Positions 6,501-13,193 of a stretch of 41,925 bases of DNA are shown in pieces (the stretch's first letter is position 1; each line of letters begins with the position of its first letter). The position numbers and the translations under genes were made by a program. The DNA is from an uncultured Burkholderiales bacterium (lineage in GTDB: Bacteria > Actinomycetota > Acidimicrobiia > IMCC26256 > PALSA-610), in NCBI GenBank assembly GCA_964558245.1, contig CAZLEC010000001.1, positions 1 to 41,925 on the forward strand, in the 5' to 3' direction. Under the pieces are notes generated by a model. It saw only the letters and a list, made by a program, of their open reading frames with translations, was not told the origin of the DNA and did not search any database.

Positions 6501-9173
6501 CGGGCCCCACTCGGTGAGCTCGTCGCCGACGATCCCGCGGCGCAGCGCGTGCTCGGCCGGCTCGTCGAGCGGCGACTCGTGACCACCGACGAGCACACCG
6601 CCGAAGTTGCACACGAAGCCGTGCTGCGCGAATGGCCCCAGCTCCGGGAATGGCTCGACGACGACCGCGAGGGCCGGCGCATTCACCACCAGCTCGCCGA
6701 TGCGACCCACGAGTGGGAGAGCGCGGCACGCGATCCCGAGCACCTGTACCGAGGCGCGCGCCTGGCCGCCGCTGTCGACTACGCCACGATGCACGCGGCC
6801 GATCTGAACCCGCTGGAGCACGAGTTCCTCGCGGCCGGGCGGGCCCGAGCGACCGCCGAGCTTGACGCGTCGCAGCGCAGCGCCCGAAGGTTCCGCCGCC
6901 TCACGGCCGGTCTCGTGGTCATCCTCGTCGTCGCGCTGATCGCCGGCTCCTTCGCGCTCATCCAACGCGAAGACGCCCGCAGTCAACGCAACACCGCTCG
7001 CACTCAGCGCGACCGCGCGACGCAACAAGCCCGCCTGGCCAATGCGAGCCGGCTCGCGACCGTCGCCGTGAGCGGCGCGCCAGACGATCTCTCCCGTTCC
7101 GCGTTGCTCGCGATCGAGGCGAACCGGCTCGACGACAACGCCCAGACCCGAGGCGCGATCCTCAGCGTCGCCGAAGACGCGGCACCGGTGCGCGAGATCA
7201 TTCACGGGTCGTGGGAAACAGCCGCGATGAGCGCGGACGGCCGAACGGTCGCGACGGTGGGTGCTCGGGGCATCTCGATCGTCGACTTGAAGACCCGGCG
7301 CAGCCGCTCCATCAGCCGGCGGAACTTCAGCGGCATCCGAAGCGTGAGTTTCTCGTCCGACGGCAAACTCCTCGCGCTCGGCGGCAACGACGTCGAGATC
7401 CTCGATGCGCACTCGGGCGCTCCCGCCCGCGCGCCGTTCCGCTTCACCGACCAGACCGGGCCGGGGCGCACCCTCGTCGTGCACGTTCGATTCAATCCCG
7501 ACGGCTCGAGCATCGCGGCCATCGACAACAACGGCGGCGGATACTTGTGGTCCTTGGCGAACGGCGCGGAGCTGGCACATTTCGCCACCGGCAGCTACGG
7601 AAGCGGCTCCAGCAACGTCGTGTTCAGCCCCGACGGAAAGTGGCTCACGCTCACCGACAGTCATGCGGTCGTGTACAGCGCGCACTCGTTCCGGGCGGGC
7701 CAACTCGAGCCGCGATACCGCGCACAGCCGTACGTCGGCTTCAGTGAGTTCGACGTCGCGTTCTCTCCCGACGGCAACCGGTTCGCGGCCGCGACCGGCG
7801 GCGGCCAGATCCTCTTTCGGGATTCCGCGACAGGCGCGGAGGTCGGCCCGGCGATCTCGACCGGAACGGGAGTCGGGAGACTGGCGTTCAGTCCTGACGG
7901 CACCGCCATCGCGGGAACCCGCGCCGGCAGGATCTCGGTTTGGGACACTCGGGAGAGTGTGGGGGGCAGTCAGTCGGGCGAGCTCCTCGACGACACTCTG
8001 CTCGGCGGGACGCGCGCGACGGTGGCGTTGAGCTACGCGCCCGACGGCGCGTTGGTCGTGCTGACGACTGCCGAGATCGTGGTGCTCGATCCGCCGGCGC
8101 GACTCGGCACGTTCATTGCGCCGTCGAGCCCGATTCGGGGTTACGGCATCGAATCGCTGGCGGCCGCTCCCGACGGTCGCTCGATCGCGGCCGCCGACGG
8201 GCTCGGACGAGTACGGGTCTGGGACTTGGCCTCCGGCACGCTCGAACGAACGATCAACGCGACGACGCCGGCCGAGAGCGCGCAAGCCGTTGCGTACCAG
8301 CCCGGCACCGGGACGATCGTGGTCGGCTCGGGTGACGGAACCGTCACAGCGTGGGATCCGCGAACCGGTCGGCAGATCCACAGCCCACTTCGTTTGACAC
8401 CTCCGAGCGTGCCCGTGAACGGCAACGTGTTCTCTCCCGGAGACGGTGTGTTCAGTGTTGCGTTCGACGCCGGCGGCCGTACCCTCGTTGCTGCGACCGG
8501 GGACGGCCGCGTCGTGGTCATCGACCCGCGTACCTGGAAAGTTCGCCGGACCATCCACCTCGTCAAGGACGTGATCGAGTCGACGAGCACGCTGGCGATA
8601 AGTCCCGACGGCAACACCGTCGCGCTGGGCGCGACCGGGGTCGTGGAAGTCTCCGATATCGACGGAACACACCGCCGACAGGTCAACGTCGGACCGTTCG
8701 CAATCGAGACGCTTGCCCTCGCACCCAACGGCTCGCTTCTCGCCGCCGGGCTCGAAGACGGTCGCGTCGTACTGGCAAACCTCGCGACCGCCCACGGAGC
8801 GGGAACCATCGTGTCGAACCACGGTGGTGCCATCGCGCTCGCGTTCGACGCCAAAGGCACGACGCTCGCCGTCGGCGGCGACGACGGCGACGTCACCCTC
8901 TGGAGCGTCGCCGACCGGCAAGCAGTCGGTCCGCCCCTCTCGTCTTCCCAATCGCTCGGCATCTCCGGGCTGGCCTTCTCGCCCGACGGCAACAGCCTGT
9001 TCGCGGCCGCGGGCGACCTCTCGGTCGTGCGCTACGACCTCCGACCAACCGAACAGATCGAACGACTCTGCGCCCTGATCGGCCGCAACCTCAGCCGCGC
9101 CGAACGCGAGACATATCTCGCAGATCCGACTTCGGGTAGCCAGACCTGCCCGCAATGGCCGGCCGGTACCTGA
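3531..9173 (+). CDS. Giant multidomain signalling protein: 2 x class III cyclase-homology domain, AAA_16-type STAND ATPase, nSTAND/NACHT-like NTPase, hydrophobic span, 14 WD40-like blades (1,880 aa)
   Basis: ATG 3531 is preceded by GGGGGGAG (3517-3524).
- CHD1 (3531-4013): VTFLFLDEPGDG, TVDGLGVVF, LRVGVHTGE, AVWLAARL.
- CHD2 (4056-4448): VTLMTVDQVGST, YTGDGLTAMF, LRVGIQSAE.
- First ATPase: FVGRHDELERL, Walker A GGAGIGKS (4704-4727), Walker B VLLVIDDL (5043-5066).
- Second NTPase: CPYRGLESFKAGDVEWFFGRE, GASGSGKS (5697-5720), VVLVVDQCEE (5946-5975).
- Hydrophobic LTAGLVVILVVALIAGSFALI (6900-6962).
- Fourteen xFSPDGxxLA-type blades (7215-9041). Confidence 0.93.
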   Translation: MGTVTFLFLDEPGDGDASPSRRGVLAGDVLAAVRACITAWGGHELDLTVDGLGVVFPSAAAGVASARAMQRAVRTLNGGGPGALRVGVHTGEPLAIPGGRYFGAAVWLAARLHKRAAPGQILVSDTVFELLDATGRARCTPVGSLDLKGLSDRVVAFDASWSDAGMPADVDVAGLRTVTLMTVDQVGSTAQIDTLGDESARAIHAALLDVLREAIGDHGGREVEYTGDGLTAMFDAALDATGCAVAMQQAAYRHRLRYPSEQGLALRVGIQSAEAVAENRDSWTGTAQQAGALCSAAGNGEIVVSRLVRAIAAPRRIHVFEPFAEAEAPARDDGARFLLRWEPELSEFSLPADLVAKLGQFGFVGRHDELERLVRLWADARAGEPRVALVSGGAGIGKSSLAAHFAEIACEGASTIVLYGACRLGPRDDYEPFADALAQYVSATSRADLRRQVGAHAPVLASVIPGLAARLPDVPGEVATGDAEVAAVGRAIEAFVAAIAQTAPVLLVIDDLQNAAASTLRVLRQVATTGGSVALMVVGLFRDPVAGRSPVLDALGVDPARRDQTEHLVIEGLSDDDVAVLVEAVTHVAPSALTRDAIAAQSDGVPYAVVESARSQMEQGVTSDLRRAIEQADHARLDRRELREEIARGVLEIQRLRQPLAALPEIAAGSVDRDGTPPAPGPCPYRGLESFKAGDVEWFFGREQLVAELVAHVAGSKLVGVIGASGSGKSSLVRAGLVPALDSGALPGAEQWLSLVMTPTARPRQSLALACAASGRISGEAARDLLEGSELAPLVERLVGSAGERVVLVVDQCEELFIAASEEERERFVDMIVGAAADPGVPITLILVLRADFYGACAQYPGLADRLEDSQVLVGAMSADEIRRTIELPARHAGLVLESGFADAVIADVSGEPGGLPLLSTALLETWARRRGRSLTLAAYAETGGVRSAVARLADSVYDGLDPADRDIARRMLLRLARPGSDDTVGDVRRRAPLGELVADDPAAQRVLGRLVERRLVTTDEHTAEVAHEAVLREWPQLREWLDDDREGRRIHHQLADATHEWESAARDPEHLYRGARLAAAVDYATMHAADLNPLEHEFLAAGRARATAELDASQRSARRFRRLTAGLVVILVVALIAGSFALIQREDARSQRNTARTQRDRATQQARLANASRLATVAVSGAPDDLSRSALLAIEANRLDDNAQTRGAILSVAEDAAPVREIIHGSWETAAMSADGRTVATVGARGISIVDLKTRRSRSISRRNFSGIRSVSFSSDGKLLALGGNDVEILDAHSGAPARAPFRFTDQTGPGRTLVVHVRFNPDGSSIAAIDNNGGGYLWSLANGAELAHFATGSYGSGSSNVVFSPDGKWLTLTDSHAVVYSAHSFRAGQLEPRYRAQPYVGFSEFDVAFSPDGNRFAAATGGGQILFRDSATGAEVGPAISTGTGVGRLAFSPDGTAIAGTRAGRISVWDTRESVGGSQSGELLDDTLLGGTRATVALSYAPDGALVVLTTAEIVVLDPPARLGTFIAPSSPIRGYGIESLAAAPDGRSIAAADGLGRVRVWDLASGTLERTINATTPAESAQAVAYQPGTGTIVVGSGDGTVTAWDPRTGRQIHSPLRLTPPSVPVNGNVFSPGDGVFSVAFDAGGRTLVAATGDGRVVVIDPRTWKVRRTIHLVKDVIESTSTLAISPDGNTVALGATGVVEVSDIDGTHRRQVNVGPFAIETLALAPNGSLLAAGLEDGRVVLANLATAHGAGTIVSNHGGAIALAFDAKGTTLAVGGDDGDVTLWSVADRQAVGPPLSSSQSLGISGLAFSPDGNSLFAAAGDLSVVRYDLRPTEQIERLCALIGRNLSRAERETYLADPTSGSQTCPQWPAGT

Positions 9174-9246
9174 ACCGGCGGCGACGATGGAGGCTATGCA
9201 ACCTTGTTGTCGGCGTCGTTCGCGTTGCGTCACGGCAACGCGAAGA

Positions 9247-9340
9247 AGCCCGACACCCGGTAGCGGGTGTCGGGCCCCTTCGAAGGTCTGCGCTCAGTGG
9301 TGCCGATTCGGCGTGACCGTGATTTGCAACGTCCGACCGG
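9247..9340. repeat. Copy B of the dispersed repeat (3' end of gene 9294-10007 plus its hairpin); partner at 2171-2261
   Basis: Hand alignment with 2171-2261; see copy A. Confidence 0.85.
9248..9275. terminator. Perfect 11-bp stem-loop GCCCGACACCC-GGTAGC-GGGTGTCGGGC between convergent genes (likely bidirectional terminator)
   Basis: The inverted repeat is read directly from the sequence. It lies 75 nt after the stop of the plus-strand giant gene (9173) and 19 nt after the stop of minus-strand gene 9294-10007. Confidence 0.55.
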
Positions 9341-10007
9341 GCGTCCAGCCGGCATTGACTCCCGTGTCGTACCGAGCGAACTCGGTGATCACGTGCTGAC
9401 CGACGGGCAGTGGCGGCAACTCCACGAGGTACAAGTCACTCGCGGTGAGCGCGGGCCCGGCGGGCAGCCCGAGGATGTTGTCGGCGGGCAACTCGAGCGT
9501 CTGGATCGACGTCGTCCGGGTCCGGTCGAGGTGCCGCAACGGGTTGCCGTCGACCGTCACGTCGACCTCGCCGATGTCGTCGGTTGCGGCTTTCGCTTCG
9601 GCCCGAAGGACACTTGCGCTGTCCGTGGGATTGTCCTGGGTTTCGATGGTGCCCCCCGGGGTCAGCACGAGCCACTTGCCCTCGGGGATCGAGCACGTCG
9701 TCTGTTGATTGACGTCACTCGCGGCTGGCAGGAACCACACGGGTCCCTGTTCGTCGGGGGTGCAGATCGTCGGGTCGGCGAGTGGGTTGTCGGCAGTCGG
9801 GAGGTCGAACGACCACTGTGTCCACGCTGCGGCCTCGCTGTTCTGTGAGGAGTGCGAGAACGAATCCGACTGACCTCCCTGTGCACACGCGCCTGCGACC
9901 GACGCCGTAGCCAACGCAAGTGCGCACGCGCCGGCGAGCACCCCGGCGACTTTCGAGGAACGTCGATGACGCGCCACCCATCGTGTATGGCTCTTCTCCG
10001 TGATCAT
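9294..10007 (-). CDS. Secreted protein or lipoprotein of unknown function
   Basis: An internal ATG at 10007 is preceded by GGAAGGA. The product starts MITEKSHTRWVARHRRSSKVAGVLAGACALALATASVAGACAQ, which has a charged n-region, a hydrophobic core and Cys-containing lipobox-like sites. I recognise no family. It has a decayed paralogue at 2215-2552. Confidence 0.75.
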   Translation of the reverse strand: MITEKSHTRWVARHRRSSKVAGVLAGACALALATASVAGACAQGGQSDSFSHSSQNSEAAAWTQWSFDLPTADNPLADPTICTPDEQGPVWFLPAASDVNQQTTCSIPEGKWLVLTPGGTIETQDNPTDSASVLRAEAKAATDDIGEVDVTVDGNPLRHLDRTRTTSIQTLELPADNILGLPAGPALTASDLYLVELPPLPVGQHVITEFARYDTGVNAGWTPGRTLQITVTPNRHH

Positions 10008-10169
10008 GCTGTTTCCTTCCATAGTCGGCTTCATGACTGTCGCTATCACTGTGCGGGAGTGGCCGCAATAAATCCGTGGTTTCGCGCACGCCCGCACCGT
10101 GTCCGCCGACACAGACCGGGCAACTCGTCCGCCTCGGGAGCGGAACGGTGCCTCCGGCGGTGTGTCCCG

Positions 10170-11132
10170 CTATTGGATTCGCGCAAGCTCCGCGAGGAGG
10201 TCGTCGTCGAGTGGCCTCGCCCTGAAACCGACGTCGAGGTCGACCTCGGCGGCGGACCGCGCGCCGACGAGCACGGTGGTGACCGCCGGGTGGCGCATCG
10301 CGAACTGCAGCGCGGCGGCTCCGAGCGGGATGCCGCGGGCGCGGCACGCGTCGCGGAGGCGTCGCGCGCGCTCGAGCACTGCGCCGGTGGCCGCGGCGTA
10401 GTCGTAGGTCGGGTGCGCGTCGGGATCGATGAGCACGCCGGTGTTGAACACGCCTCCGATGATCACCCCGACGCCCCGTGCCGCGCACCGCGTCAGGAGG
10501 TCGGCCCCACTGCGATCGAGGAGCGAGTAGCGGCCGGCGAGCAGCACGCAATCGAGGTCGACGCGCTCGACGAATCGCTCGAGCATCGCGGACTGGTTCA
10601 TCCCGCACCCGACCGCGCCCACGACGCTTTCGTCGCGTAGCCGCAAGAGGGTCGGAAACGCGGTGCGGAGCGCGTCGGCTTCGTGGGCGTCGGGGTCGTG
10701 CACGAGCGCAACGTCGATGCGGTCGGTGCCGAGACGGGTCAGGCTCGCTTCGAACGATCGCATGATCCCGTCGTGCGAGAAGTCGAACTCGGGCTCGAGG
10801 TCGCCGACATCGGTGAAGATGGTCGCCGTTCGTGCGGGCCCGGCCGGTCGCAACACTCTCCCGACTTTGGTCGACAAGACGTATTCACCTCGCGGTCGGC
10901 CGCGCAACGCCCGTCCGACGCGGCGCTCGCTCACGCCGTGCCCGTCGAGTGGCGCGGTGTCGAAGTAGCGAACGCCCGCGTCCCAGGCCGCGTCGACGGT
11001 CGCGCGCGCGTCTTCGTCGGAGACTCCGGAGAACAGGTTGCCGATCGGCGCGCACCCGAGTCCGAGTGCCGTGACCGCGGGTCCGCGCCGGCCGAGCGGC
11101 CGCGGAGACGACCAGTCGTCGATCTTCGTCAC
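10170..11132 (-). CDS. Aldo/keto reductase, D-threo-aldose (L-fucose) 1-dehydrogenase-like
   Basis: GTG start at 11132-11130 overlaps the fucD stop (GTGA). The product VTKIDDWSSPRPLGRRGPAVTALGLGCAPIGNLF...AWDAGVRYFDTAP...LSTKVGR...DVALVHDPD...IIGGVFNTG has the AKR fold pattern. The upstream part of ORF 10170..11846 is out-of-frame shadow inside fucD. Confidence 0.88.
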   Translation of the reverse strand: MTKIDDWSSPRPLGRRGPAVTALGLGCAPIGNLFSGVSDEDARATVDAAWDAGVRYFDTAPLDGHGVSERRVGRALRGRPRGEYVLSTKVGRVLRPAGPARTATIFTDVGDLEPEFDFSHDGIMRSFEASLTRLGTDRIDVALVHDPDAHEADALRTAFPTLLRLRDESVVGAVGCGMNQSAMLERFVERVDLDCVLLAGRYSLLDRSGADLLTRCAARGVGVIIGGVFNTGVLIDPDAHPTYDYAAATGAVLERARRLRDACRARGIPLGAAALQFAMRHPAVTTVLVGARSAAEVDLDVGFRARPLDDDLLAELARIQ

Positions 11133-12418
11133 CGCCGCCACACGGCGCCGTCGGGGAACGCGAGTGCCGCGTACGAGTCGGGGAGCAGATCCACCGAGTA
11201 GCCGGCCGCGGTGGGCAGCACGTAGCGGCCGTCGCGCGCGACTGCCGGGTGCACGAAGTGCTCGTGGAGATGGTCGGCGAACTCGGTCGTCCGGTCGTCG
11301 AGTGAACCGCTCACGCACACGTAGTCGATCGCGCAGAGATGCTGCACGTACTCGCACAGGCCGAGCCCGCCGGCGTGCGCGCACACGGGAACGCCGAACT
11401 TGGCGGCGAGCAGGAGCACGGCCAACACCTCGTTGACCCCGCCGAGCCGGCACGCGTCGATCTGGCAATAGTCGATGGCCTCGGCCTGCATCAGCTGCTT
11501 GAACACCACACGGTTCGCCGCGTGCTCTCCGGTGGCGACGCCGACGGGCGCGACCGCGCGGCGAATGGCCGCGTGCCCGAGGATGTCGTCGGGGCTCGTG
11601 GGCTCCTCGATCCACCGGAGGCCGAACGGCTCGAGGTGGCGCATGCGCTCGATCGCTTCGCCGACGTCCCACACCTGATTGGCGTCGGCCATGAGCGGGA
11701 GATCGCCGATCTCCTCGCGCATCACCTCGCAACGGCGAACGTCGCCGGCGAGGTCGAGGCCGACCTTGGTCTTGAAGCAGCGCCAGCCGTCGGCGAGCGC
11801 CCGGCGGCACAGGTCGCGCACGGTCGCTTCGTCGTAGCCGAGCCAACCGGCCGACGTGAGGTACGCGGGATACCCCGTGCGCTCCAGCTCGGCGACGCGT
11901 TCGGCGCGTGTCGGTGCGAGCGCACGCAGCATGTCGAGCGCTTCATCCGGGTCGAGCACGTCGGTGAGGTAGCGAAAGTCGACGCTCGCGACGAGCTGCT
12001 CGGGCGAGAGGTCGGACACGAGGCGCCAGAGCGGCTTGTGTTCGACGCGCGCCCACAGATCCCAGACCGCGTTCACGATCGCCGCCGTCGCGAGGTGGAT
12101 GACGCCCTTTTCCGGTCCGAGCCAGCGGAGCTGCCCGTCGTTGGTGAGGCGCCGCCAGAACGCGGCCCCGTCGGCGACGAGCTCCTCGAGCTCGCGCCCG
12201 ACGACCAGTGGCGCGAGCTGCTCGATCGCCGCGCAGCACAGGTCGTTGCCGCGACCCACGGTGAACGTCATGCCGACACCCTCGTGCGGGCCGTCGGTCG
12301 CGAGGAACACGTACGCGCCCGAGTAGTCGGGGTCTTGGTGCACCGCATCGGAGCCGGCGAGCGTGATCGACGTCGGGGCCCGGATGTCGAGCGTGCGGGC
12401 ACCGGTGATGCGGGTCAT
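11129..12418 (-). CDS. fucD: L-fuconate dehydratase (enolase superfamily, mandelate racemase subgroup)
   Basis: The full-length 429-aa product has the FucD/ENOSF1-type N-terminus TLDIRAPTSITLAGSDAVHQDPDYSGAYVFLATDG...MTFTVGRGND. The enolase-superfamily barrel motifs KTKVG, ADANQVWD, WIEEPTSPDD, ATGEH and QIDACRLGG are present. Confidence 0.93.
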   Translation of the reverse strand: MTRITGARTLDIRAPTSITLAGSDAVHQDPDYSGAYVFLATDGPHEGVGMTFTVGRGNDLCCAAIEQLAPLVVGRELEELVADGAAFWRRLTNDGQLRWLGPEKGVIHLATAAIVNAVWDLWARVEHKPLWRLVSDLSPEQLVASVDFRYLTDVLDPDEALDMLRALAPTRAERVAELERTGYPAYLTSAGWLGYDEATVRDLCRRALADGWRCFKTKVGLDLAGDVRRCEVMREEIGDLPLMADANQVWDVGEAIERMRHLEPFGLRWIEEPTSPDDILGHAAIRRAVAPVGVATGEHAANRVVFKQLMQAEAIDYCQIDACRLGGVNEVLAVLLLAAKFGVPVCAHAGGLGLCEYVQHLCAIDYVCVSGSLDDRTTEFADHLHEHFVHPAVARDGRYVLPTAAGYSVDLLPDSYAALAFPDGAVWRR

Positions 12419-12424
12419 CTCGGC

Positions 12425-12446
12425 AGCATGTTAGAAGGAGCATGTT
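12425..12446. promoter_or_regulatory. Direct repeat AGCATGTT-N6-AGCATGTT in the 54-nt divergent fucD / SDR intergenic region (candidate operator)
   Basis: The two 8-mers at 12425-12432 and 12439-12446 are read directly from the sequence. This is the only non-coding DNA between the two divergent operons. Confidence 0.3.
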
Positions 12447-12472
12447 GGCGGCAATGTGAGGGGAGCGGAGCG

Positions 12473-13177
12473 ATGCCGGAACGGGTGGTAGTGGTCACGG
12501 GATCGGTCGGCGGGATCGGCTCGGCCATCGTCGACCACTTCACCGCGCGCGGCGACACAGTGGTCGGTCTCGACCTGCTCGACGGCGTCGACGTGTCGCG
12601 ACCCGACGATTGCGCCGCCGCGGTCGCACGGATCTTCGCGGAACACGGCCGCATCGACGTGCTCTGCAACAACGCGGGCGTCGGAGCCACCGGCGACGTC
12701 GTGGCGTCTTCGCCCGAGGAGTGGCAACGCGTGTTCGGGGTCAACGTGTTCGGTGTCGCGAACATGTCGCGCGCGGTGCTGCCCACGATGCGCGCCGCCG
12801 GGCGGGGTGCGATCGTCAACACCTGTTCGGTGGTCGCTTCGGTCGGCTTGGTCGATCGTGCGGTGTACTCGGCGTCGAAAGGTGCGGTGCTCGCCTTGAC
12901 CCGCGCCATGGCCGCCGACGAGATCGCCCACGGGATACGCGTCAACTGCGTGTCGCCGGGCACGGTCTCGAGCCCGTGGGTCGAACGCACCGTCGCCGCC
13001 CTCCCGGATCCCGAGGCCGGGTTCGAGGCGCTCCGCCGCCGGCAGCCGCTCGGGCGCATGGTCTCCTGCGCGGAGGTCGCCGCCGCGGTCGCGTATCTCG
13101 CCGACGACACGACCTTCACGACCGGCGCCGACTTCCTGCTCGACGGCGGGATCACCGGCGTGCGCATCGTCGAGTGA
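12473..13177 (+). CDS. Short-chain dehydrogenase/reductase, 2-keto-3-deoxy-L-fuconate dehydrogenase-like
   Basis: ATG 12473 follows GAGGGGAGCGGAG. The SDR motifs are TGSVGGIG (TGxxxGIG), NNAG and the catalytic YSASK. The gene sits in a fuconate-cluster context. The 5' 1.1 kb of ORF 11339..13177 is antisense shadow of fucD. Confidence 0.9.
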   Translation: MPERVVVVTGSVGGIGSAIVDHFTARGDTVVGLDLLDGVDVSRPDDCAAAVARIFAEHGRIDVLCNNAGVGATGDVVASSPEEWQRVFGVNVFGVANMSRAVLPTMRAAGRGAIVNTCSVVASVGLVDRAVYSASKGAVLALTRAMAADEIAHGIRVNCVSPGTVSSPWVERTVAALPDPEAGFEALRRRQPLGRMVSCAEVAAAVAYLADDTTFTTGADFLLDGGITGVRIVE

Positions 13178-13193
13178 TCGTCGAGGCGGAGTC

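Noticed and set aside
3780-9233. 1,817-aa ORF on the minus strand, antisense to the giant gene
   Set aside because: Its composition is the Arg/Gly/Ala/Asp-rich low-complexity typical of out-of-phase reading of GC3-rich coding DNA. It has no recognisable motif. The plus-strand frame carries multiple clear domains, so this is a shadow ORF.
11133-11846. Upstream 238 codons of ORF 10170..11846
   Set aside because: It lies inside fucD in another frame with Arg-rich shadow composition. The AKR homology starts at the GTG that overlaps the fucD stop.
12435-12459. Mini-ORF ATG TTG GCG GCA ATG TGA preceded by AAGGAG in the fucD / SDR intergenic region
   Set aside because: The Shine-Dalgarno-like hexamer is only 1 nt from the ATG, which is too close to function. 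Five codons with no further support are most likely coincidental.
11339-12472. Upstream 378 codons of ORF 11339..13177, which would give a 612-aa protein
   Set aside because: This part is antisense to the well-supported fucD gene. The SDR fold begins at ATG 12473, which has its own RBS.
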